Below are positions 20,501 to 28,961 of a DNA stretch of 64,000 nt, piece after piece (positions within the stretch are counted from its first letter, which is position 1; each line of letters begins with the position of its first letter). The notes beneath the pieces were generated by a model. It was given only the letters and a program-made list of their open reading frames with translations, had not been told where the DNA came from and searched no databases. A program made the position numbers and the translations under genes. This DNA comes from Alphaproteobacteria bacterium (lineage in GTDB: Bacteria > Pseudomonadota > Alphaproteobacteria > Bin95), in the NCBI GenBank assembly GCA_965205265.1, contig CBDBGH010000003.1, positions 1,440,001 through 1,504,000 of the forward strand, in the 5' to 3' direction.

Positions 20501-21525
20501 TCGCCCTGAAACGTCTGGACGACAAACGCCGCGCCGCGCTCAAAATCCTGTATCTGGTGCCCCATGCGCCTTCGCCCGACACACCCAGGCCTCCGGACAT
20601 TCATCCGGATTACGGCGTGCAGCCCGCCTACCAGTACGAAATCTGGGATGTGCTGCGGAACGGTCTCGGCCTGGATGTCGACAGCAGTTCCGATCTCGGC
20701 GTCGTGCCCCAGGCCTTCGAAGGCCGGAATTACGTTTTCTCGCTCTACAACATTGCGCCGTTCCGAAATTCGGAAATTTACGTCTCCGCCCTGGCCGCGA
20801 AAGCCGGTATCGCCTGCCTGGGCGCCCCCCCGAACATTCGCGCGCTCGCTGAGGACAAGTGGCTAAGCAAGCTGGCGGCGCGGGCGCTCGGCCTGCCGGC
20901 GCCGGACGGGAAAGTGTTCGCAGGAAACGGTCCCGTGCGGAAGCCGGACTTCGACGGGCCCTATATCGCCAAGCCGCGGTTCGGCGCCGCATCGACGGGA
21001 ATCGACGCTTCGAGCGCGCAAGAGGAATTCGGCGCTCTCGAAGCGCGGGTCGCGGCTCTCGGGGCAACAATCGACGAGTGCCTTGTCGAGCATGTCTTCG
21101 GTGACTTCGATGTGACGGTGCCGATACTGGTGGGCGAGGACGGGCCGGTGGCCCTGCCCCCTGCCACCCAGACCTGCGACAGCCCGTACGGGTTGTTTAC
21201 CCACCGCCAGAAACGAAAGCTGGAACCCGGCCTCACACGCGAGTTCCCCGGCGATGAGCCCTGGCTCAAGCCCATTGTCGAAGATGCCCTGCGGTTCGCG
21301 AGGGCGGTGGAGCCGTACGACTATCTGCGCTGCGACTTCCGCTTCGGCGCCGCGGGGCACGCCTTCCTCGAATTCAATCTCGCCTGCTCGATCGGCGGCG
21401 CTATGGCCTTCGCGCAAAGCGCGGCGCGTGCAGGCATTTCCTCGGAGGCCCTGGTCGAGCACATTCTTGCTACAAGCCTCGACCGGCAGTGGGGTCAGGA
21501 CGCTTCCGGACCGCCGCCCAGATAG
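20497..21525 (+). CDS. ATP-grasp ligase, D-Ala-D-Ala ligase-like (non-canonical), paralog of 18385..19395
   Basis: LGAPPNIRALAEDKWLSK, YIAKPRFGAASTG, RCDFR, LEFN; TTG start overlaps the SBP stop. Confidence 0.85.
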   Translation: MIALKRLDDKRRAALKILYLVPHAPSPDTPRPPDIHPDYGVQPAYQYEIWDVLRNGLGLDVDSSSDLGVVPQAFEGRNYVFSLYNIAPFRNSEIYVSALAAKAGIACLGAPPNIRALAEDKWLSKLAARALGLPAPDGKVFAGNGPVRKPDFDGPYIAKPRFGAASTGIDASSAQEEFGALEARVAALGATIDECLVEHVFGDFDVTVPILVGEDGPVALPPATQTCDSPYGLFTHRQKRKLEPGLTREFPGDEPWLKPIVEDALRFARAVEPYDYLRCDFRFGAAGHAFLEFNLACSIGGAMAFAQSAARAGISSEALVEHILATSLDRQWGQDASGPPPR

Positions 21526-24419
21526 CGCACCGCCACCGTGGTGATGTCGTCGCTCTGCTCGACTCCCGTCGAGAATTCCTCGACCGACGCGCGCATCGCA
21601 TCGCAGATGACAGCCGGCGAGGCGTCCGCATGGGCCGCCAGTTCCGCTTCCAGGCGCGGCTCGCCGAATTGTTCGCCTGCTTCGTTGAAGGCCTCGTTCA
21701 CACCGTCTGTGTAAAGGAACAGCGTTTCGCCCGGCGTCAGCGTGGTCTCTCCCTCCTCGAAATCGAACCCCGGCATGATGGCAAGCGCCAGGCCGGGACT
21801 CATCGGCAGGGTCGATAGCCGCCCCCCGCCGTCGATCCGGTAAGTCGGGTTGTGTCCGGCATTGGCGAAGGTCACATGGCCGGTTTCGGTATTCACGACC
21901 GCATAGAAGGCGGTCACGAACATCATCTGCTCGTTCTCGGCTTCCAGCATGTCGTTCAACGCGGTCAACACCCGGCCCGGCGATTCGCCGATCAGAGCGG
22001 TGGCCTTGAGCAGGGTGCGCGCAATCAGCATGAAGAAGGCAGCCGGGATGCCCTTGCCCGAGACATCCGCGATAACGAGCCCGATGCGTTGCTCGTCGAT
22101 GGCGAAGTAGTCGTAGAAGTCGCCGCCGACCTCCTTGGCCGGAAGCATCTGCGCCGCGATCTCGACGGTGCGCTGCGGCGGCGTCTCGCGCGGCAGCACC
22201 GAGAGCTGCAGGTCGTGCGCGATGGACAGCTCGCGCTCGATCGCGACCAGGCGCTCCTTGTGCTTGAGCGCCTCGCGCAGTTCTTCAATCAACTCCGTCA
22301 GGCGTCCATGCTGTTCGCGGATGCGTTGCGCCATCTGTTCGAAAACGAGTGTGAGAGCCTCGAACTCGTCGCTGGCGCCTTCCCGTTCGAGCTCGGCGAG
22401 CTGGTCCGTAACGGCCTGGCGGGCTTCTGCGCCCACAGCCGAGGTCAGCCCGGCCATCTGCTGGCGCAGGAAACGTTCGCGCCGCCTTTGCGCCCGGCGG
22501 CGCTCGGCCGACAGGCGTTCGACCTCGCCCAGGGAACTTCGATACGCCTCGACCGCTCTGGCGATACGGGCAATTTCGTCCCTGCCGGCCTCCTGTTCGA
22601 GCCACACGCCGCGCCGGCCTTCGGAGAGCGCCTCCAGCACGCCTATCACCCGGTCGAGCGGTTGCAGGGAGCCGCTCAGATTCGCATAGAGCGCCCAAAG
22701 GGCAATGCAGGCGAAAACGGCCGCTGCTCCGAAAAAGGCAATACGCAGCGCCTGCTGCCGCGCGGCAAGCTCGCTGACATCGGCGACGACGTGCAGGCCG
22801 GCAAGACGCCCGCCGTTCAGGGCCGGGATGCTTGTTGTCGTCCTGGCATAGTCCGCGCTGTCCCGGTCCAGAGCTTGCCAGAGCAGCGGGTCGGTGCCGA
22901 AGATCAACCCGCCCTCGCTCCCGACCAGAAAGGCCTCTCCGCCGAGGACGGCCCCCGCCTCCTGAACCGCCGAGGCGAGCGGGAGGCTTGCGGCAACGAT
23001 CAACACATCGCCCCGTTCCGGGTCTCCCAGCAATTCTGCAACCGTCCAGACCGGCTGCCCGTCAGCGTCGATGTCGCCGCCGCTTGCCCGCGTTCCGGTA
23101 TCGACAATTCGCTTGGCCACGCGAGACGACAGGGGATTGCGGCCGACGAACAGGCGTCCACCGGCTCCTTCCGAGGGATCGAAGGTCACGAGCCGTTCGA
23201 TTCCGCTGCCGGTCGAAAGATCCTCGATCAGGCGCGCGGCGAGCAGTGTATCGCGAGCAAGAAGCGCGGACCGGATGTCTTCGTTGGCGCGCAAGGGGGC
23301 CAGCAGGCGCGCAACCGTATCCGTTTCGCGCTGCGACAGGGTCTTCCAGACGGTCTTCAACGCTGTCTGGCGGTCTTCGTTATAGCTTTCGGCAAGAAGG
23401 CGCTCACGCACGATGCTGCCATAGCCGAGGCCTACCGCCAGCAGAAGCCCCGCAAGGCTGATGATCGCCGTCAGCCGCAGGCGTATCGAGACATTCCGGC
23501 CGAAACGGCCGACCGCGGTGGGCGGCGTCGGGGGAATATCGCGAAAGGCCGGCTCCAATCTCTGGACCAGCCCCCGGCGGATGCGTTCGAGCGAATCGCG
23601 CACCGTCCGGCCGACTGCGGCATCGCGCGCGTCCTCCGCGTGATCCAGGGTTTCGTCATATCGCGTGCGGAGGCCGTGCAGCACCGCATTGAATGCGCGG
23701 GCTGCATAGCCGATTTCGTCCCGCTGCCCCAGATCCGCGAGCAGCACCGGGTGGCCGCCGGCCGCTTGCGCAATTCCGTCGTCGAGCCGCTGCAGGCGCC
23801 GGCCGACGCGCAATGTCAGAACGAGCGCACACAGCAACCCGACAACGAGGCCGACAGCGCCCGCAATGGCGAAACCCGGCCAATTGCGGCGCAGCAGATG
23901 CGTCACGAAGTCCTTTTCGACCGCGACATGCAAGAGGGCCAATGGATAGTCTGCCGGGCCGATCGGACGGATATCGACAGAGAGGTCGCCGAAGGTATGG
24001 CGGCTCCGGGCCTCCGTCATCCCTCCCGCCAGGCGCCGCTCCTCGAATCTGGTGTCCGCCGACTCAAGCAGGTTTTCCAGCCGGCTGCGCGCGATGCCGC
24101 TGAAATAGACGGGTTCCTTGTCCGGCCTCGTCATCGCGATGAAGCGTATGTCCGGATTGTCGTCGAGGAAGCGCTGGAAGAACGGCTCTACGCCCCGGAG
24201 CTCCTCGAGCGGAATGCCGACCCGGGCGGCGCGCTCCATCTCGACCTTCATGGCCTGGCCGACCGCGAGCGCCTTGCGGTCGAGCTCGCCCGCCAGCGGT
24301 TCCTCGGCCCACCAGTGGAATGCTGCGGTCGTCAGCACCGCCTGCAACAGCGCAACGACGACGGCGGCAATGCAGGCCTTCAGGCAGATCGCTCGCGAGA
24401 TCCGGCCCATGCCCGTCAT
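21495..24419 (-). CDS. Membrane PP2C/SpoIIE (RsbU-like) phosphatase with two sensor-HAMP modules
   Basis: EVGGDFYD, ADVSGKG, NAGH, YTDGV, SDDIT; four TM segments, two HAMP-like regions (RDEIG, RDEIA). Confidence 0.9.
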   Translation of the reverse strand: MTGMGRISRAICLKACIAAVVVALLQAVLTTAAFHWWAEEPLAGELDRKALAVGQAMKVEMERAARVGIPLEELRGVEPFFQRFLDDNPDIRFIAMTRPDKEPVYFSGIARSRLENLLESADTRFEERRLAGGMTEARSRHTFGDLSVDIRPIGPADYPLALLHVAVEKDFVTHLLRRNWPGFAIAGAVGLVVGLLCALVLTLRVGRRLQRLDDGIAQAAGGHPVLLADLGQRDEIGYAARAFNAVLHGLRTRYDETLDHAEDARDAAVGRTVRDSLERIRRGLVQRLEPAFRDIPPTPPTAVGRFGRNVSIRLRLTAIISLAGLLLAVGLGYGSIVRERLLAESYNEDRQTALKTVWKTLSQRETDTVARLLAPLRANEDIRSALLARDTLLAARLIEDLSTGSGIERLVTFDPSEGAGGRLFVGRNPLSSRVAKRIVDTGTRASGGDIDADGQPVWTVAELLGDPERGDVLIVAASLPLASAVQEAGAVLGGEAFLVGSEGGLIFGTDPLLWQALDRDSADYARTTTSIPALNGGRLAGLHVVADVSELAARQQALRIAFFGAAAVFACIALWALYANLSGSLQPLDRVIGVLEALSEGRRGVWLEQEAGRDEIARIARAVEAYRSSLGEVERLSAERRRAQRRRERFLRQQMAGLTSAVGAEARQAVTDQLAELEREGASDEFEALTLVFEQMAQRIREQHGRLTELIEELREALKHKERLVAIERELSIAHDLQLSVLPRETPPQRTVEIAAQMLPAKEVGGDFYDYFAIDEQRIGLVIADVSGKGIPAAFFMLIARTLLKATALIGESPGRVLTALNDMLEAENEQMMFVTAFYAVVNTETGHVTFANAGHNPTYRIDGGGRLSTLPMSPGLALAIMPGFDFEEGETTLTPGETLFLYTDGVNEAFNEAGEQFGEPRLEAELAAHADASPAVICDAMRASVEEFSTGVEQSDDITTVAVRYLGGGPEAS

Positions 24420-25153
24420 CCGATCCGGTCCAGCCGATCGACCTCGCGGGCATCGTCGTCCATCGCGGCAAGCATTCTCGCCGCAGTATCGTGGAAGCCC
24501 GCAAGCGACGGCGGCGCACCCTCCAGGTCCGCTGCCTGGCCCTCCGCCATCGCCAGCAACGAGGCGTCGCTTCGCCTCAGCATGTCGAGAACCGGATGCA
24601 GCACCCAGCGGGCAAACAGGAAAACAAGCAGGAGGCAGACCGCGAACACGCCGGCGGCAATGCCGAAGACGGTAACGGCCGCGCGTTCGCGCAGCGGCGC
24701 ACTGTGCCGGACTTCGCTCTCCAGCAGGACACCGCCGACGACCTTGCCGAAATTATTGATAAGCGGGCTCCCGACGGTCACCGCCCGCTCATCGGTCTCG
24801 ATCCAGCGCCCGGTTCGGTCGCCGGCATCGACCGTGGTCCCGAGGTCCGTCTGGTCGGTGGAGAATACGACCCGGCCGTCCGGCCCGAAAACCAGCAGCC
24901 GGTCGATATCCGGGTCGGCCGCCTGGGTGCGGTCCAGCAATGCCGCGATTTCCGGGATGGTCTCGAGTCGAAGGCCCAAATCCGTGCGGACCGTAATCGC
25001 ATGGGCGATTTCATCGACGGTGAAGCCGAAATGCGACGCCTTAACAGTTCGGAGTTCGCGGTCGAATGTGTCGAGTGCGGCATACACGACCAGCGCGAGA
25101 GAAAGGGCAACGCCGGCCAGGAACGCCAATCCCAACTTGATCCGCAGTCTCAT
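24416..25153 (-). CDS. Membrane protein with periplasmic Cache-like domain and no output domain
   Basis: Two TM helices; TDLGLRL...DPDI..LLVFGPDG...GSPLINNFGKVVGGV; coupled to the PP2C gene. Confidence 0.75.
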   Translation of the reverse strand: MRLRIKLGLAFLAGVALSLALVVYAALDTFDRELRTVKASHFGFTVDEIAHAITVRTDLGLRLETIPEIAALLDRTQAADPDIDRLLVFGPDGRVVFSTDQTDLGTTVDAGDRTGRWIETDERAVTVGSPLINNFGKVVGGVLLESEVRHSAPLRERAAVTVFGIAAGVFAVCLLLVFLFARWVLHPVLDMLRRSDASLLAMAEGQAADLEGAPPSLAGFHDTAARMLAAMDDDAREVDRLDRIG

Positions 25154-25296
25154 GCTTACCGGCCAATCCCGCCCTTCGCGTTGCCGCAATCATAGCGCCC
25201 AATCGTTTCCGCGCCAGCGTTGCCTCTTTGCTTCTCAGGGCAATCGCTTTTGGATTTGTCATATGCGAACACCCCCGTCATGCCCGAACGCCCCCT

Positions 25297-25386
25297 CCGT
25301 CATACCCGGACTTGTTCCGGGTATCCATGCGGCCGTCCGGCGGAAGCGGTGGAAGGAGATACCCGGAACAAGTCCGGGTATGACGG
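25297..25386. repeat. CGTC-type REP doublet (perfect 29-bp inverted repeat, each arm internally palindromic)
   Basis: CCGTCATACCCGGACTTGTTCCGGGTATC (25297-25325) and its exact reverse complement (25358-25386). Confidence 0.85.
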
Positions 25387-25674
25387 GAAGGGGATATGAC
25401 CGGAAGAGCGTCGGGGCTTCGATTCGACCGCCCCCCTCGAAACCCGGCTGAATCCCGGCCATGCGCCCTGCTCGCAAATCTTCAAAAGCGATTGCCCTGT
25501 TTGCTTCTTCGCCCTGGTTTCGTCCCGATGCAACGGAAACAACGCAGCGTCCCGGAAGAAGAGAACCGGAGGAAGAACCAGCGCCTGCAAGCAAACGAAC
25601 TCACCGAAAGGGCACCAATTTACAGCCGGGTCGACCTCGGGCGGCAAGCCTTGAAGACCGGTTGGGCCCCGCCG

Positions 25675-27261
25675 TCAGGAGGCCGGCGCCATCGGCTCCG
25701 CCTCGGCATCCCAGCAAGCGCCGATTCCCCGCTCGCGCAACTCGTGACGCGCGATTTCGTTCTTGGTCATCGTGCGGGGGAACTCCTCCACGAATTCGAC
25801 GTAGCGCGGCGCCTTGAAATAGGCGATGCGCTCGCGGCACCATGCCACCAGCGCGCCCGGCTCGACCGGCGCGGAAACCTGCACATAGGCCTTGATGTCC
25901 TCCTCTCCGAGATCGGAGGGCACGCCCACGCAGGCGCAGTCGATGACCGCGTCATGGGCCGTCATCGCCTTCTCCACCTCGAAGGCCGACACATTCTCGC
26001 CCCGACGCCGGATCCAGTGCGCCTCGCGCCCGACGAAATGGACATAGCCGTCCTCGTCGAGCCAGCCGAGGTCGCCGGAGTGGTACCAGAGGTTGCGCCA
26101 GGCGGCGAGGGTCGCCTGCGGCTTGTTGATGTATTCCATCATGCAGGTGTTCGGCACGCTGGGCCGCAGCAGCAAGTGGCCCGTCTCGCCGGCGGGCAGC
26201 GGGTTGTCGTCGGCATCGGCGACCATGATCTCGGCCCAGCCGTGCGGCCGGCCGCAGGTGCCGGCCTTGCGGTCGTGCAGGCGCTCGGAGCAGAGCAGCA
26301 CGCCCATTTCCGTCATCGCATAGACCTCCAGCATCGGGATGCCGAACCGGGCCTCGAACTCGTCGCGGAGCTCGCGCCGCACCTGGCCGGACGCGATCCC
26401 CACCCCGACCTTTACCCGGTGCGAGCGGTCGAGCCCGCTTTCCGGCCGGCGGAGCAGCACGGACATCATCGTGCCCAACGGGTCGACGATCGTGGCGCCG
26501 TGGCGATGCACCGTCTCCCAGTAGCGCGAGGCGCTGAACCATTTGTGCATCACGCCGGTCATGCCGGTGTAGAGCGGACCGGTGACGCCGAATTGCTGGC
26601 CGCCGATATGGAAGAAATGCGAGTTCGCGAAATGCACGTCGTCGGGGCCGGCCTCGGCGATCTCCGCATAGCGAACGGCCGCGCCGATGTAATAGAGGTG
26701 CGAGACGAGCACGCCCTTGGGCATGGATGTGCTGCCGCCGGTATAGACGATGGCCGCCGGGTCGGTCGGCCGCACCTCCGCCTGGGGAAGCGCCTCCGAA
26801 CTCGTCAGCAATTCCTCCCAGGCGCCGTATCCCGCGCGCGGCGCGCCGTGGACGAGCACCTTCGGGGGAGACGAAAACCGGTCCGCCGCCGCTTCGCAGA
26901 CATCCATCAGCTCGTCGTCCGCGACCAGCAGTTTCGCGCCGGTGTCGTTCAGGCTGTAAGCAAGATCGTCCCGGGCGAGCGACACGTTGAGGGCCGCATA
27001 GACCGCGCCGATCTTGGCGCAGGCGAACCAGACGATCTCCTGCGCAAGCGAGTTGTACATGAAGGTCGCGACGACATCGCCCTTGCCTATCCCGCGTTCG
27101 AGAAGCGCGTTGGCGGCGCGGTTCGACAGCCGGTCGGCATCGGCGTAGGTCAGGGTCTCGTCCCGGCAGATGAGTAGCGGCTTGTCGCCGAGCCGGGCGC
27201 GCATCGTCACCAGGTCGCGGAGCGTGGTCGCGTGCGGCGTCTTGCCCATGATGCGGATCAT
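25675..27261 (-). CDS. Acyl-CoA ligase (CaiC-like AMP-binding enzyme)
   Basis: YTGGSTSMPKG, YAMTE, YHSGDLG, IRRRGENVS, PRTMTK. Confidence 0.9.
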   Translation of the reverse strand: MIRIMGKTPHATTLRDLVTMRARLGDKPLLICRDETLTYADADRLSNRAANALLERGIGKGDVVATFMYNSLAQEIVWFACAKIGAVYAALNVSLARDDLAYSLNDTGAKLLVADDELMDVCEAAADRFSSPPKVLVHGAPRAGYGAWEELLTSSEALPQAEVRPTDPAAIVYTGGSTSMPKGVLVSHLYYIGAAVRYAEIAEAGPDDVHFANSHFFHIGGQQFGVTGPLYTGMTGVMHKWFSASRYWETVHRHGATIVDPLGTMMSVLLRRPESGLDRSHRVKVGVGIASGQVRRELRDEFEARFGIPMLEVYAMTEMGVLLCSERLHDRKAGTCGRPHGWAEIMVADADDNPLPAGETGHLLLRPSVPNTCMMEYINKPQATLAAWRNLWYHSGDLGWLDEDGYVHFVGREAHWIRRRGENVSAFEVEKAMTAHDAVIDCACVGVPSDLGEEDIKAYVQVSAPVEPGALVAWCRERIAYFKAPRYVEFVEEFPRTMTKNEIARHELRERGIGACWDAEAEPMAPAS

Positions 27262-28961
27262 ATCCCGGCTCCCCGGTCGAGCATTGGTGCAGGCTTGCGA
27301 AAGGGCGGGCGCCGGCCGTTGGCGCGCCAGGGCGCGGCCACCAGCCGTTCCCTGCCGGTGACGGGATGGTGCGCCTCGATCCAGCCGGGACAGTCCGCGA
27401 AAACCGGCGAGGCGTCGCTGTCGTCGAGTTCAACCACCGGGACCGTCATCGGCCGCGGCGGCCCCAGGGCCGGCGTTTCGGCGAGCGCGGCGGCGGCCTC
27501 GATCTGCGACAGGTCGAGCGCCCGCCCCCCGCCGTCCCGATCTCTGGCGACCAGGGCAGCCAGAGCCGCGAACGCGCCGAAGCAGGCGGCATTCGGATCG
27601 CTGATCGAGAAGGTCGGCGAGCCGATGAAGGCGCCCTCATTGTCCCGGATCGGGATTTCCGCGCCTGCAAGCGCGCTCAGCACGAGGCCGTAGGACCGGA
27701 GCCGTTCCACCGACGAGCCCCGGCCCGGCCCGCTCATCGACAGGCTGACCAGACCCGGATTGGCCCGTTTCAGCACATCGCGCCCGAGGCCCATCCGCTC
27801 CATCGTCCCGACGGTGAAATTCTCGATCAGCAGATCGGCCCGCGCGACCAGCTCCAGCAGCCGCGCCCGGCCTTCCGCCGACTTCAGGTTGAGCGACAAG
27901 CCGGTCTTGTTCCGGTTCAGGCTGTGGAAATAAAGCGAGCTTTCCAGCCGGATATGCTCGTCCATCCCGCCCCGCAAATGCTCCAGTCCGCGCGTGCGGT
28001 AGAGATCGAAGCGGTCCGGCGACTCGACCTTGACGACTTCCGCGCCGAGATCGGCCAGGAGCTGGCCGACCATCGGCCCCGACCAGATCCAGCAAAGCTC
28101 CACGCAGACGAGGCCCTCGAGCGGCCCGGCCCCGCCGCCCCGCTTCCGGCGGACTTCGGCTTCCCTGTCCCCCAAGGGCTCCGCCAGGAAGGGCATGGCG
28201 GGCTCCTCGAAACCGGGCCGGAACACGCCGCGGGCCAGCGCCTCCGCGTAGCTGTAAACGGGGGCGATGACCGCGCCTTCCTCCAGCCCGCGCGCCAGAA
28301 GCTCGTCACGCTCCCGGTCCGCGAGGGTTTCTTCGAGCAGCGCATCCGCTTCCGCGCTTTGCCTGGCGAGAACGAAGGGATTGTCGAAGCCGGGCCGGCG
28401 CGTCCAGTCGGGGTCGCCCACGGCCTTCGCAATGCGCCGCCAGTCGCGCCGGGAGCGCCCGAGCAGCGCGACATGGCCGTCGCGGCAGGCGAAGAAGCCC
28501 ATGGGGAAGATCAGGCCATGCTCGACGCAGATGCGCCCGTTGCGCTTCCAGAGGCGGCGGCGCTCCTCCGGCGTGCCCGAATTCTGGAGCGCGAAGGAGC
28601 GCATGATATCCGCCGCCGAGACATCGTATTCGGGCGCGTCGCCCTCCGACCCCCGCCAGGCTTCGGCAAGCGCGAGCACCGCGCCGACCAGCCCGCACCA
28701 TTTCTCCGGCATGTCGGCCGGCAGGGGCACGCCCGGACCGTCCGCATGGCCGATGGCCGCGGCCGGCCCGGCGACGGCAGAGGCGTCCGCGCCGCTGCCT
28801 TCCATGCCGGTCTGGAAATCCCAGAGTCGGATTGCCGGGCCGCCGGACGCAGCCTCCGCGCCCGCCATGGCAAGCCAGTTCCCGGCATAGGCGGGCGCGC
28901 GGCCGGTCCCTCCGAAGGAGGCCGGGACCGGGCCGACCGGCAGCCGGCGCGCCTCCTTCAC
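27258..28961 (-). CDS. CaiB/BaiF (family III) CoA-transferase with duplicated domains
   Basis: GPLEGL..VEL...WSGP..GQLLADLGAEVVKVE, LNRNK, ADLLIENF; GTG start overlaps the upstream stop. Confidence 0.82.
   Translation of the reverse strand: MKEARRLPVGPVPASFGGTGRAPAYAGNWLAMAGAEAASGGPAIRLWDFQTGMEGSGADASAVAGPAAAIGHADGPGVPLPADMPEKWCGLVGAVLALAEAWRGSEGDAPEYDVSAADIMRSFALQNSGTPEERRRLWKRNGRICVEHGLIFPMGFFACRDGHVALLGRSRRDWRRIAKAVGDPDWTRRPGFDNPFVLARQSAEADALLEETLADRERDELLARGLEEGAVIAPVYSYAEALARGVFRPGFEEPAMPFLAEPLGDREAEVRRKRGGGAGPLEGLVCVELCWIWSGPMVGQLLADLGAEVVKVESPDRFDLYRTRGLEHLRGGMDEHIRLESSLYFHSLNRNKTGLSLNLKSAEGRARLLELVARADLLIENFTVGTMERMGLGRDVLKRANPGLVSLSMSGPGRGSSVERLRSYGLVLSALAGAEIPIRDNEGAFIGSPTFSISDPNAACFGAFAALAALVARDRDGGGRALDLSQIEAAAALAETPALGPPRPMTVPVVELDDSDASPVFADCPGWIEAHHPVTGRERLVAAPWRANGRRPPFRKPAPMLDRGAGI

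Noticed and set aside
18385-21525. Vancomycin-resistance (van) cluster
   Set aside because: The ligases lack Ddl/Van substrate motifs; no vanH, vanX, vanR or vanS.
21852-25451. 1199-aa ORF on the + strand, and similar long antisense ORFs (697..2604, 6334..8292, 37536..40121, 57350..59503)
   Set aside because: Shadow frames of well-supported genes on the opposite strand; expected in high-GC DNA; no recognisable motifs.
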